Numbered from the whole stretch's first letter, positions 12,739 through 23,905 are shown. The stretch: DNA of 63,807 bases, filler included, from Hausera hauseri (GCA_046269625.1; 12 parts of 12 records of this genome joined end to end with filler, not necessarily neighbours in it), one strand, 5' to 3'. Notes: generated from the letters alone by a model not told the origin. Made by a program: numbers and translations.

Positions 12739-13095
12739 ATGCATTTTCTACAAATGCCCGTATTGATTTCATTGAATGATCCAATGTCTATGTGCTCACC
12801 CAAGTACCGCTATCGTGTAAAACGGCTTTTGAATAAAACTTTTTATAAACTTTCTGATGCTCTGCATCAATTAAACCTGAATTTAAAGTGGAACGAACCG
12901 ACCTTGAAAGAGCAATCTCTCGTTTTACCAGCCACAAAAACAAAACTGTTTTATTTTATCGATCGCGAAATGTCTAACGTGCCTGATAATGATTTGCAGT
13001 ACCAATTAAACATTGAATTGCAAGGATACAAGGAAAAGGACGGAATCAAAAGCACGATTTGGAGTGTAGTTGAAGCACGCTTTAATTATCAATAA
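12739..13095 (+). CDS. Maverick accessory protein of unknown function (possibly OB-fold/SSB-like)
   Basis: 118-aa ORF within the co-oriented accessory block; ends LNIELQGYKEKDGIKSTIWSV. Confidence 0.3.
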   Translation: MHFLQMPVLISLNDPMSMCSPKYRYRVKRLLNKTFYKLSDALHQLNLNLKWNEPTLKEQSLVLPATKTKLFYFIDREMSNVPDNDLQYQLNIELQGYKEKDGIKSTIWSVVEARFNYQ

Positions 13096-13197
13096 ATATT
13101 GTTGTTGTTTTTCTTCTTTTATTGTTGCTTTTTCTTTCATGATTCCAATTGACGAATATAAATATACGTGTAATTTGTTTGTTAGTATTAGATGATA

Positions 13198-13570
13198 ATG
13201 TATGATGTAAAGATTATTTTAACTGATGAAAGTGCTACTGTACTGAGACGTGTTACAACAAACATTGCAGGCTACCATGTGTTTTCTAATGTCAATGTAT
13301 AACGACCGGTATTCTATTGGCGATCCCGTACGGTTACTATGGCCAACTGATTACAAAAATCTGATTGGCAAAGCTTGGACTTACGGTTGTGGTGGTGTTA
13401 TTGATTCAGACTTCCGTGGCGAAATTAAGGTGTTGCTGAAAAACCAATTCGGGGAAACGTATGCTTTTTTTGAAAAGCAGTGCAATCATCCAAATCGTTT
13501 TTCTTCGGTGTGAAGAGGCGGAATTCAGTGTAATATCACCAGAACAACGGGGATTGTTTTGTGTCATAAA
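13198..13570 (+). pseudogene. dUTPase (Maverick-borne)
   Basis: AGYHVFS (motif 1), GGVIDSDFRGEIKVLLKN (motif 3), AIIQIVF (motif 4), EQRG (motif 5), across frameshifts. Confidence 0.85.
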
Positions 13571-13712
13571 GCAACACGAAATGAACGCAATGAATTTGTC
13601 TTTGGTGACATGGACAATAAACCTGTGTTTAAAGATTGTGATGATAATAATAATATTAGTTAGTTGTTTGGTTTGTTCTATAAAGAAAAAATGATTTTTT
13701 ACATGATAGGTA

Positions 13713-14205
13713 ATGGCGACAGGATTTATAGATATTGAAGCATTCCAAGATAACAATGCCCAGTACATAATAAAGGAATTATGCATTATGAATGCCGGTA
13801 TTATTTTCAAACCGATTGTATACGTATTCAAGCCCGGTATTGTGTGGAATGACCTGACGGAAGATGCGAAAATTACAAATGGATTTCTCTTTTGACATCG
13901 TCATGGACTTCATTGGTATGAATATAATTCAACATTTTTTGTGTCGTATATTATTTGCGAAATTTGTAATCGTTTTGACGTTGAAAATACAATGTTTTAC
14001 ATTAACGATCAAATTTACGGACCAAAGTTTACGCAACTACATTCACACTTTCCCGAGTTGCGAACGACTACGTTTTTAACATCGAAAAACTCGCTGGTGA
14101 TGGTACTTGACAATGTTAGATGACCATATCGTGATCATGGACCACATTGTTTCATGCAAATAAATATACGTATTTGTTTTCTCTTATGTAAATATGGTAC
14201 ATGAT
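13713..14205 (+). pseudogene. DEDD-family 3'-5' exonuclease-like Maverick accessory gene
   Basis: FIDIEAFQD...YIIKEL...YVFKP...WNDL...NGFLF*HRHGLHW: ExoI D-x-E plus the KEL/FKP/HGL.W signature. Confidence 0.65.
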
Positions 14206-14570
14206 GACATTAATAAATGATCATAAAGACATAAATGATCTAGTTGACATTACTGTTTATTTAAGAAAACATAACTTTTGGGCATTGGTATATATTTCCG
14301 GAAAAAAGATATTATCATAACATGTGTCAACAACCAGTATGAAGACAGTTTCGAACTCGTAATATAACCCTCTAATGTTTACACTTGTGCAATATAAACA
14401 AAACAATTTGAACCAATGTGATATATATAGAGGCACCATTTCATTTCATTCTGTCTGTCTCGAAAAATATCTTTTCATGATGAAAACAATTCAAGTGACA
14501 GTTCTGCGAGTCTACAAGATACATTCCATAATCGCTCAGAACATCCAGGTTGTATAATGAATACAACTTA

Positions 14571-14757
14571 AGTAGTGGGGAAATGCCGATTCGGTCACAA
14601 TCCTCCCCCTCGGGACTTGTGACCGAATGGGCATTTCCAAAATCTGGTTTGGTAAGATATTTAAACTAAACAAAATTGTGGAGTGTGACCGAATGGGAAT
14701 TTCCCCAATCAGGTTTGGTAAGACATTTAAACTAAACAAAATTGGGGAGTGTGACCT
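14571..14757 (+). repeat. AGTAGT-initiated terminus-like block with a 22-bp hairpin and a 66-bp tandem duplication
   Basis: ggaaatgccgattcggtcacaa / ttgtgaccgaatgggcatttcc (21 of 22 complementary, 14579-14638); 66-nt unit gtgaccgaatggg...ggagt twice from 14619. Confidence 0.6.
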
Positions 14758-14961
14758 ATAATTTTTCATAAGAAATTTAAACAAAGTTAGCGTAAAATTT
14801 GAATTTTTAAAACCCTTAAATCATTTTGAATCCATACTGTACGCCTGCTTGTGTGTATCACCTCAGAATGTCAATATTTCTTATTTTCACCTATTAACCA
14901 TGCATGTGTGTATCGTTTTGGCTTACCCACAACACGTCTATGAACCACATCTATTTTAGTC

Positions 14962-15060
14962 AGTAGGGGGAAAATGGGAAGTCTGTCCCACCCCGGCGGG
15001 TAATAGATAAATCGATACTGCACATGTGCTAATTGATAGTGCACCCGGTGCACTATTTGT
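14962..15060 (-). repeat. Terminal-repeat fragment shared with 49925-50028 (probable Maverick TIR)
   Basis: Reverse complement aligns with tgcactatcgattagcacatg...ggggtgggacaga...cccatttt...tact in contig 9. Confidence 0.65.
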
Positions 15061-15804
15061 ACGTATTTATTAGTGATTAAATTAAACGATGTTATTTCAG
15101 AATCCCGGAAATATTTTAAGGGGTGATAATGTGGAGGCTAAGGAGAATTGTACTCCTGACAGATATGCAAAAAGCCAAGAGGTAAGTTTGCAACACTTTG
15201 ATTTTTTATGGACGAGAACAGAGTGTCTGCGTTGTGAACCGTCGGGAAGTTAATAAAAACTGTGACATCAAGCAAAAATGGAGATTTTCAGAAATAGTTA
15301 TAGTTTGGTTGAACGAGTATTCCCGGTGGGTTTGATGGTGCAATGGTGTAAGGAAAATGTGAATGATGGTCTCCAAATTCATCCGACATCAACTCATGGG
15401 ACTACTCTGTTTGAGATGAATCTGTACACCAGATGAAATGAGACATATTTAAAATTCGATTTTTGTAATGTTTTTATGGTTTTTCAAAAAAGCGTCCATT
15501 CATTATGCGTCACCAGTTATTTTGTTCAGATCAATGGATACATACTACTACATAGACGACATCATTCAACAAGAGCATACAAAACTTTACGATAAATCCA
15601 TTTCCAAGTAAATTTTATTATATTTCCATATGGTAACAAAGGAGAGCATGCAATGCAAAGAAGTTTATTTGGACACGCAAATTTACGAGACGGGCAAATT
15701 GACAACAACAACAACAATAATCAACTCAAATTATCACTATTTAATTGTACGAAAAAAATATTTGACTTTTGAGAAAAGCATTTCAGTAATAATTGAATCG
15801 ATTT

Positions 15805-16959
15805 TCAAAATTGCCGAGACTGTAACGTCCGATTAGACAGTGGACTCGATACTGAGGCGTTCAAATTAGACAAGGCTTTGTGATTTTCACAAACAGTGGA
15901 TTCCGTTTTACTGTTATGGTCGAATGGTAACGAATTCGCATTCTGACCAAATGACGTCACATCATTTGTTGCACTGTTTTCATTACTCCACGAATTCTCC
16001 ACAAATTCCATTCGACTGGTTTTGTTTGAATGGTGGCGATGTACTGAAATGTTGTGTCCTTCCATTTGCTCAACAACCTCCACGTTCGGGCTAACTTTAC
16101 TAACAGCAGTTTGTTCGATTTTATCGGCAGAATTGTCGTCCAACAATTTCGTGGATAATGCACATTCTTCATAATCTTTAATCAAACACGCTATATTCTC
16201 TAAAGCATCTTTGAACTCATCCTCCTCCATTCCTTCGCCGACATACCAATGAACGTAAGCTCTTTTTTGAAACAATATCTGAAACCGAAAAATGCTCTGT
16301 AACAGTGCATCAGTAATACAGGAATTGTTCGACAGAATGGAAACGATCTTGTCGGACTCACCAAAATGACTATCGTGAACGTGTATCGGTGACCTTTGAC
16401 ACAGCATTACTTTAACCCCAGTCGGACACCAGTCGACGAATGTTAGAGTTTCGTGAAATTTCAGTCGAGCTACGGTTGAACGAACGTCAACGGAGTTGAC
16501 ATTTCCTCGATACATCAAACAACAGGCTAACATTTTCCCACCGATGGGGTCACAACTCAACAGTTGTGATTTGCTCGTTAGAGCTTCTCGAGTTATGCAA
16601 AAGACGGAATTTGGCGAATGCATTTGCGTACTCGGACTATTGACCGGAGCCAAACTGCAAATGGGAAAATGCATTCGGGGATACGGTACGATGTTGTTGA
16701 GAATCTCTGTTGTTGATGAACTGTGATCACTATATCTAACGGATGATGTAAATACGTTAAAATATTGAGCCATTATTCGATTTATGTCGTTATAAGTCGG
16801 TTTAGCTTTCATCGGTGCTTCTGTAGCAATCCGAAACAATGATTCATTGTCAGCTAAAAATGTAACATCGGTTTCGTCAATTGTGTAGTGTTTGGTTAGA
16901 ACACTGTTGTATGGTTCAACTAATACTGGTGAAGAAGGGAATGATGGGTGGATGGACAA
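15805..16959 (-). CDS. Divergent alpha-tubulin, C-terminal two-thirds (5' part lost at the contig end), with a ~118-aa tail extension
   Basis: VEPYNSVL, DNESL, PTYNDINR, VPYPRMHFP, MLACCLMYRG, FVDWCPTG, KRAYVHWYVGEGMEE, KDYEE; uninterrupted ORF. Confidence 0.92.
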   Translation of the reverse strand: MSIHPSFPSSPVLVEPYNSVLTKHYTIDETDVTFLADNESLFRIATEAPMKAKPTYNDINRIMAQYFNVFTSSVRYSDHSSSTTEILNNIVPYPRMHFPICSLAPVNSPSTQMHSPNSVFCITREALTSKSQLLSCDPIGGKMLACCLMYRGNVNSVDVRSTVARLKFHETLTFVDWCPTGVKVMLCQRSPIHVHDSHFGESDKIVSILSNNSCITDALLQSIFRFQILFQKRAYVHWYVGEGMEEDEFKDALENIACLIKDYEECALSTKLLDDNSADKIEQTAVSKVSPNVEVVEQMEGHNISVHRHHSNKTSRMEFVENSWSNENSATNDVTSFGQNANSLPFDHNSKTESTVCENHKALSNLNASVSSPLSNRTLQSRQF

Positions 16960-17092
16960 ATGGATGGTTGGATGGATGGATGGATGGATGGANNNNNNNN
17001 NNNNNNNNNNNNNNNNNNNNNNNNNNNNNNNNNNNNTTAATTAATTAANNNNNNNNNNNNNNNNNNNNNNNNNNNNNNNNNNNNNNNNNNNN

Positions 17093-17899
17093 GATCCGAA
17101 ATTAATTTGGTAGGCGTATAATGTTCTGATACATTTTCACGTATCCTCGAATTGGTTTCTGATTTGTCCATATATCTTTTCCCTGTGGTCTTATTGAACT
17201 TTAGTTCTTTAATTTTAATAAAATTACAATTTCTTCCAGAAGAAGGTTCCCAAATTATAACCGAGCTTCTAAAAGCGCAAGTTCCGTCTTGTAAATGACA
17301 TTTTTGATTCTCTGTATATAATTTGGTGACACTATGGAACATTACCTTCTGTGATAGCATTTCTGATTCGTAGAAATTCACAACCACCACGTTTGACTCT
17401 AATCCTTTTCCGTTATAGTACTCTGCTCAATTACAATATCCGCTATGCATATCTGGTCTTCCGGCTACTACTTTATATGCCCTGATTATTTTTTTGGCTG
17501 CATCTCCAATTGCATACTATCCCATTGTATTTTCCCAGTTTCCTTGGCTTGCTTGTATTGTTGGCGCTCTAAGTTCATCGGAATTATTGGAGTCGTTAGT
17601 TTGATTATAGATGAGTATCCATGAACCAATCCACAGTAATAAATGCTACGCGATCGTCACAGCATGCGTTCCATTCCATCTAGCGATATCAATTCTTGCT
17701 GCTGATAGAGGAAATAATTTTTCTCTTTTGTCTCCAACTTGTGTAGTCTAGCATCTTCGCATACTTCCAGATCCATTAAGGAATATCTCTGTCCTAGCTT
17801 AAACTTATCGCAGTCGTAGACGGTTACAGCGTCTATATGCTTAATTATCATCATCAAGGTGAGTAGGCTAATTAGCCAATTCGATTCATTTTCCGGCAT
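17093..17899 (-). pseudogene. Chuvirus-type (class III, gB-like) envelope glycoprotein, N-terminal ectodomain
   Basis: Signal peptide WLISLLTLMMIIKHIDA, then VTVYDC...YSLMDLEVC...LYQQ...RSIYYCGLVH...GYCN*AEY...NVVVV...CHLQDGTC...IIWEP...CNF, the Cys and motif order of chuvirus G and Anakin-type env. Confidence 0.7.
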
Positions 17900-18297
17900 C
17901 CAACGTCCGCCGTTGTCAAATTACGTAACATATCATCGAATTTATTACCGTTTCGCCTGTCTTCTTCGCTGTCAAATAGTCTTGACCAATTTACTTTGTA
18001 GGGCAATCTTCTTGCTGATTTTCGTGCTAAGCTTACCGCTCTATTGATTTTATTTTCTCGATTGGGGTTTATTTTAATAGCTAGGTATAGTAATACTTTC
18101 CTCAATTTCTCATTGGTATTTTCTATCATGATCTTTTCTATTACTGCTTCGCCGGTCAAATTACTCTTCGATAGCTTAAAACGTAAGCTTCTCATCATTC
18201 TAGCTACGTTGAATATTATCTTTTCTCTTTCATCTAATATATCGCCTTGAAAGCTTGAATAATTTACAATTCGTATTAAATTCTTCATTAACCCGCT

Positions 18298-19038
18298 TCA
18301 TTCTTCATTGTTTGTACTGAGGGTCGAAATCGACATCTGTTTCAGTTCCTTAATTAGTTCTCCATTGTAATCGACTCCTTCTCGCGTCTTCCTAGGCCTA
18401 CCGACTGAACGTTTCGGCCTTTGCCCTTTTGTTGTTATTTCGCTGAGTGGTACTAAATTTATATCGTATTGTTCCTTATCTTCATCCATTTGTAAATACT
18501 CAAAATACATTGCAGCATCTCGGACTCCCATAATTTGTCCTACGCATTGCTCTTCCTTGGCCTTACGCGTGGTTTCCTCTTTTGTCTGTTCATTAGCTAT
18601 TGTTACTACTATGCGGTTTGTTTCGTCGGGGATAATCCCGACGTCTATTAATTGTTCTAGGTCGGCGAGTGTTCTACCTATAAAGTAGAATGTGTAATTT
18701 AGCTCGTTTGCTCCGCCATAGTTTAATAACCATTCTCTTACTTCTTTTACGTAGGAATATCTAGTTAGCTCGCATTCTTTTACATTTATCCATTCGGATG
18801 ACACCATTACTTTTATTGTTACCTTGGGTATAGCCCTTAAAATTTTATAGTATTTTCTTATAAAAATTTTCGGCACCGTACTACAAATCGCATTCTCACT
18901 AGATAATTTAGTTAATGTCGGAATAAGTTGTTTTAACTTACTTTCATTAATGTTTTCGTTAATTAGTTCAATAAAATCCTTTTCAGTTAGCGCTGATTCT
19001 AGTTCATCTCCACATTGAACCTCCTGTCCTGCGGGCAT
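18298..19038 (-). CDS. Accessory ORF with a ubiquitin-like domain (~18595-18828) and an AT-hook (~18384-18414)
   Basis: VTIKVMVSS...YVKEVREWL...FYFIGRTLADLEQLIDVGIIPDETNRIVVTI is ubiquitin-like (LIF.GK.LED..TL.DY.I); KRSVGRPRK is an AT-hook. Confidence 0.6.
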   Translation of the reverse strand: MPAGQEVQCGDELESALTEKDFIELINENINESKLKQLIPTLTKLSSENAICSTVPKIFIRKYYKILRAIPKVTIKVMVSSEWINVKECELTRYSYVKEVREWLLNYGGANELNYTFYFIGRTLADLEQLIDVGIIPDETNRIVVTIANEQTKEETTRKAKEEQCVGQIMGVRDAAMYFEYLQMDEDKEQYDINLVPLSEITTKGQRPKRSVGRPRKTREGVDYNGELIKELKQMSISTLSTNNEE

Positions 19039-19603
19039 GTTTCTATGTCATTTAGTCGTACTGGCGACATAGGTTTTACGGCCAGTATTGCGTCGAAGTA
19101 TGCATCCAATTCCGGTCTATTTCCGACATTTGGGAGTCCAGCGCCTACTAAAGCTACACTTGTTCTTTGCGCGTTTTCTCGAATTTCTTTCAATTTTGGC
19201 TGTATTTTCTTTATCTGCGTAGTTCGAAAACCCACTCCATTTCCACAGGCATATTGAATCCCTTTTGGTAATAATCTGTTAATTCAATAATTACATCTTT
19301 TCGATATCTTTGTACGAATTCTCACTTATTTTTGATTTCTGATTCTGTAAAAGCATATTTGTTTCGGTAAATTTTGAGTTCTTTTGCTAGTTCATCCAGC
19401 CTCTTTGCTCTTTGTTTTGTTCTGATACATGTTTCCTCCACTTGATGTAATTTGGGCATCAATTGCCTCATCTTCTCATCGTTAATTTCTGCCATTTCTA
19501 CCAATTTCGTTTATGACTTTTGAGTCTGGATCCAATGCATCCGATAATTTCTTTACGAACTTAGATTCTTGAAAACTAAGATGTTGGTCATTTCCTACCG
19601 TTA

Positions 19604-20866
19604 TCAGTCGGTATGGAAGTTCTGATCTGATCCGGTCATCCATTCTTGAGGTTTATGCAGAAATTTTATCCTGTCCGTTAAAGTTGCACGTTGTTCCGGG
19701 CAAATATCTAGGGTTTTGATGTCTTGGACAGAGATTTCGTTAATAGGTTTATCTGTTAAATGTTGAACTCCTTCTAGTCGGACCGTTCTTAATATTGGGT
19801 AAAAATTGCAAGTCATATTCCGCTTTTGGGTAAAATTCGTCTCTTCGACCATTTTATAGATTTCTTCCAGTATTGTTGCTTCTTGTTTCTTCTTCATAAA
19901 ATTAAGTTGTAATGCTTCAAAACGCGTTCGGGTGCATATTTCTGCGAGTATTGTATCTAAATTACGTGCGCTTTCTTCTAATTGCTTCTTTACAGAAGGC
20001 TGGCTCTCTGGGAATTCTTCCTTACGGCTTTCCATTAATTTGCTTAGTCGCATCATTAATTCGGACCATTTCGACAGTTGATTGGCGATTATTGGCTTCG
20101 CAATTATAGCCTTATCTAGCATCTTATATGCATCTTTTAACTCATCGTCCGGCCCTCTTAGGAAATCCATAATCCGACCGACATAACTAAACGCATACTT
20201 ATATGCGTCCCATTCTACAATACAAGCCTTTACATATTGAGTCTCTTGGTGATTTGGGGACATAATTCGGTTCCTTAAGCTACAAATCTGTGCTCGCATG
20301 TTATTTTCTATCTTAATTCCATTTTCTAGGTTTGTATATTGTTTTGGCGTAGCTAATGCGATTTTTATCATCTCCGTCAAGGGAAGAATGTCTATCGGGT
20401 CTATACCCAATATTTCCAAATCAATATTACTTCGATGGTTAACCGGTTTTTCCCTAAGCTGATTAATCATTGCGCAACGAATTTCATCCATCGTACGTTT
20501 TAAATTTCGGACCACTCTCTTCAATTTTGGGCTTGTTTCTAAGGTTGACAATAGCATTTGCGCTTTAGTGACTTTTGCCTCGACACTATCTTTATTTTTG
20601 CTCCATCCTTCTGAAAATTCTACTACGCTTTTAATCCATGATTCTAATTCATGCTTCCATTTTAACAATGTTTCAGGTAATACCTCTTCAGGTTGTCTCA
20701 AGTCGATCGCTTCGGCAAGTTTTCCTTCACTACATAGTTTCAAACTTTTATATAACCTCTCAGCATACTGCTGTTCTTTTAAAGATATATCTACTTGTTC
20801 GCTAATCTCCATAAGCCTTTCTAAATTTTGCTGCAGTATTTCTGGATCGTGGGATCTAATTCGCAT
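19604..20866 (-). CDS. Helical/coiled-coil accessory protein of the giant element, unknown function
   Basis: 420-aa open frame, E/K/L-rich heptad-like composition, collinear with gag. Confidence 0.5.
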   Translation of the reverse strand: MRIRSHDPEILQQNLERLMEISEQVDISLKEQQYAERLYKSLKLCSEGKLAEAIDLRQPEEVLPETLLKWKHELESWIKSVVEFSEGWSKNKDSVEAKVTKAQMLLSTLETSPKLKRVVRNLKRTMDEIRCAMINQLREKPVNHRSNIDLEILGIDPIDILPLTEMIKIALATPKQYTNLENGIKIENNMRAQICSLRNRIMSPNHQETQYVKACIVEWDAYKYAFSYVGRIMDFLRGPDDELKDAYKMLDKAIIAKPIIANQLSKWSELMMRLSKLMESRKEEFPESQPSVKKQLEESARNLDTILAEICTRTRFEALQLNFMKKKQEATILEEIYKMVEETNFTQKRNMTCNFYPILRTVRLEGVQHLTDKPINEISVQDIKTLDICPEQRATLTDRIKFLHKPQEWMTGSDQNFHTD

Positions 20867-21599
20867 TTTCTTTAATTCATCGGCGTTTTTCCGTGAACGT
20901 CGGACTTCCCATTTCTTTGGATCGAAATCATCAATATTTGCCTTTCTTCCTCACTAGTGGAAAGTGAGCAAATTTCGTTAATTTCACTTATTAGATTTAT
21001 AGGTTCCCTTACCTCGGTAGGTGAAAACGAATCAATTTCTGGTGTAACTAGGTTATGCTTTGCGTCGCTTTCTATAACGATATCCGTATTTTTCGTTTCT
21101 TCTATTTTTTCCCTAGTTATTTTGGAGCGTGAACGACTTCTACGTTTCGTCTTTGGAGAAGGGCTATGGCCTTTATTTTTTGTAATTTTAAGTATTAATA
21201 GTTCCATAAATTCTTTTTCTGCTGTATCGTCATCAGTAGACTTATCTACCTTTTTAACCATGAACTCAGGCTCTCCCTCTAAGTCGACTGCTGTCGATGT
21301 GCCCGGTTTCTCAGACGGTTTATTACTGGTCGGAACACAATTTTTCCGTGTCATATCACTTCGCTTTGGTGCTATTGCATGTTCTTATTCAGTTTCTAAC
21401 TGTACCAGACCACGATATACTTCTAATAGTCTCAGCTTGTCTCCATATTCTTTTCTATCCATCAGAATTTGTGGGTTAATAGTTTCAGGCTGAGCATCTA
21501 GAAATCTTCGTAAGTTTTGTATGTCGATGATAGTACCTGTGTCTCCGCGAACACCATACTTCGCTTCTAAATTTTCATTACTTCTGACCATACTAGTCT

Positions 21600-22833
21600 T
21601 GTTTGGCTCAGTAAATGAAACGCTACGTGGGTTTGGACATGACCTTAAAATATGTCCTTCCTTACCGCAAGTAAAACAGACTAAATTTTCATTTTTTCCG
21701 ATTCTCTGTTGACCGTCTTCATTTACAGGTGAATTAGGCCGATTCGAACTTCAATTGTACTGATTCTGTGCGCTAATTGCACTTCTTCGATTATCATCAT
21801 CACGATTCCAGTACTTTGAACCTTTGCAATTTCCCCTATTCTATCCCAGTTAAAATCCGATCTATTTATATTTTGTTCATTAGTGTAGTTATTGCCTCGG
21901 CTATTTCTGTAACTGCTATTATTATTTCTACTTCCATAATTTTTGTTACCCGTAAATTGTCTGTCGTCTCTTCCACGATTGGCGTTCCGATTTCTGTCGT
22001 TGCAATCACTTCGATCATTATTTTTATCGTTTCTATCATTGTGTCTGGCATATATGTCAAGTGCCATTTCTAAGTCCTGAGCTAATTTGTAAAGTTTCTT
22101 TAAAATTTTCAGGTCTAGCCAAAATCAATTGTTTAACAAAATATCGTGACCAGATACCATAAATTAATTGAGTCGTCATCATGACATCTAGATTTGGCAG
22201 TGTTGCCTTTTCTGCGGCATCGCGTTCCGCATCTGTTTTGGCTCTAGCTACATTGGCTGTACGCAGTGTGTTTATGTAACTATTAGCCAGTTTCGTCAAC
22301 GCAAATGCGAATTAGGTTACTGATTTACCCTTTTGTTGTATTCTATTCTGAAATGCCATAAGCTTCTGCTGCGGCGTTATTGTCGGTAATAATTTACGGC
22401 TTTGTGCTCATACCAGGGAGGACCAAGATTTCTTCTTATCGTTTGTGAGCTCACTATAAGAGTCAGCGGTTAAGTTTTTCAAATACAACGACAAGCGTTT
22501 AATCATTTCTTCGGGAGTAAGACTAACACCTTGTGCGTGCAATTTATAAGTTCTCAAAAATTTATTAAGCCCGTCCGGGTCACCATCGTATGCCGGCAGG
22601 TTCAGAGAATCACAAGTAAAGATGTCCAGTTTCTGCGCTACTGGTGGGCTATCTGCTGCCATATTAGTTGCGTAATTTATCTCTAAATTTGGTTTATTTA
22701 TTTTGTGCTTCACACGTAGAATTTTAAATGGCTTATTTTGCTCGACGACGTCTAATTTGATTCTATTTTTTGAATTCGAACGTTTATCTACTTTTTGCGT
22801 ATCTCTATATATGTTTCGACGTGCTTCACGCAT
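21600..22833 (-). pseudogene. gag: Gag (capsid, N/R-rich linker, CCHC zinc knuckle)
   Basis: LPAYDGDPDGLNKFL...LSLYLK...AFQNRIQQKGKSV; knuckle VCFTCGKEGHILRSCP at 21637-21678. Confidence 0.85.
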
Positions 22834-23040
22834 AGGTGAATTATCGTTTAATACACGGTTTGCTTTTGACTTATCAATGCTTGTTCTCGATTAAAATTTG
22901 CGTTACTTATCCCGTTCAATAAACTTATATAGCCAATTTGATTTAGTTTCAACTATATCGAATTATTTGGTGTGAATGGCGCTGTTCGCCAATATATAAT
23001 TATTTAACTCTCAAAAGTAAGTCTAGAGAGGTACAAACTG

Positions 23041-23057
23041 TCCTGCTAGGGTCGTCA
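23041..23057 (-). promoter_or_regulatory. Putative tRNA-Arg-type primer-binding site
   Basis: Minus strand TGACGACCCTAGCAGGA resembles TGGCGA.C..GCCAGGA and lies ~200 nt upstream of gag. Confidence 0.4.
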
Positions 23058-23225
23058 AATATTATATATTGGGGTGGCCCTTATACAACTCCCACTATAA
23101 CAATATCTACCCTTGAAATTTTTAGNNNNNNNNNNNNNNNNNNNNNNNNNNNNNNNNNNNNNNNNNNNNTTAATTAATTAANNNNNNNNNNNNNNNNNNN
23201 NNNNNNNNNNNNNNNNNNNNNNNNN

Positions 23226-23809
23226 ACCTCTTCGGGTTTTTCTTCATCATCACTTACTGGGTTAAAATCACATTTTCTCAGTCTTCCTCCCTTTTTCTTA
23301 GTGCCTATTTCCATAGTGATTTGGTAAGTATTTCCTGTAAGTAATCCATAATCTACAACATAATCATTATCGACGGCTGTTCTACCGTAAACATCTGTTT
23401 TCGCTATTATATTAGTCTCAAGGTCTAATTCGTCCAATACTTTTCTTCGGAGATCCGTAAATTTGGTGAACATTCCTGCTGTGACTTCAATTACTTGTTC
23501 TCGTTTGTTAGTTTTGATTTCTATATTTATAATATATGGTTGCTTTCTTCTATGTTTCCGTCTTAAGTCTCTTCCTAAGGTCTTTAATGATTTTCTTGCA
23601 GCTAGGAAACAAAACATCTCATCCCTTGTCAGTGGTATAAGTAATGATGCGCATTCTATCCGGTTGTTTAATGATAGTGTTTCATATTGTCTCAAAGCAT
23701 CCCATACTTCATTGGGTGCTGAGTCGATCAATTGTAATTTAGCCTTAATTGTTTCTACTACTAACTCTGAATTTTCACCATATACTATGGATCCTGGTGG
23801 AATATTCAT
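23226..23809 (-). CDS. Accessory ORF with a ubiquitin-like domain (~23300-23540)
   Basis: INIEIKTNKREQVIEV...KFTDLRRKVLDEL...VYGRTAVDNDYVVDYGLLTGNTYQITM. Confidence 0.6.
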
Positions 23810-23905
23810 CTCCGGGATAATTTTTGGATTTTTGATTGGTGATAATGTATTCTCGGGATACTGGAGCGTATATGGTATTGATATCAGGTCATCATCTAAA
23901 ATTTC

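Larger units (their letters stand above)
17093..23125 (-). mobile_element. Giant Gypsy-like LTR element (5' part): PBS-gag-CCHC-accessory polyprotein-glycoprotein, with no pol in between
   Basis: About 5.7 kb of near-continuous minus-strand coding broken only by stops and frameshifts; component domains are listed separately. Confidence 0.7.
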
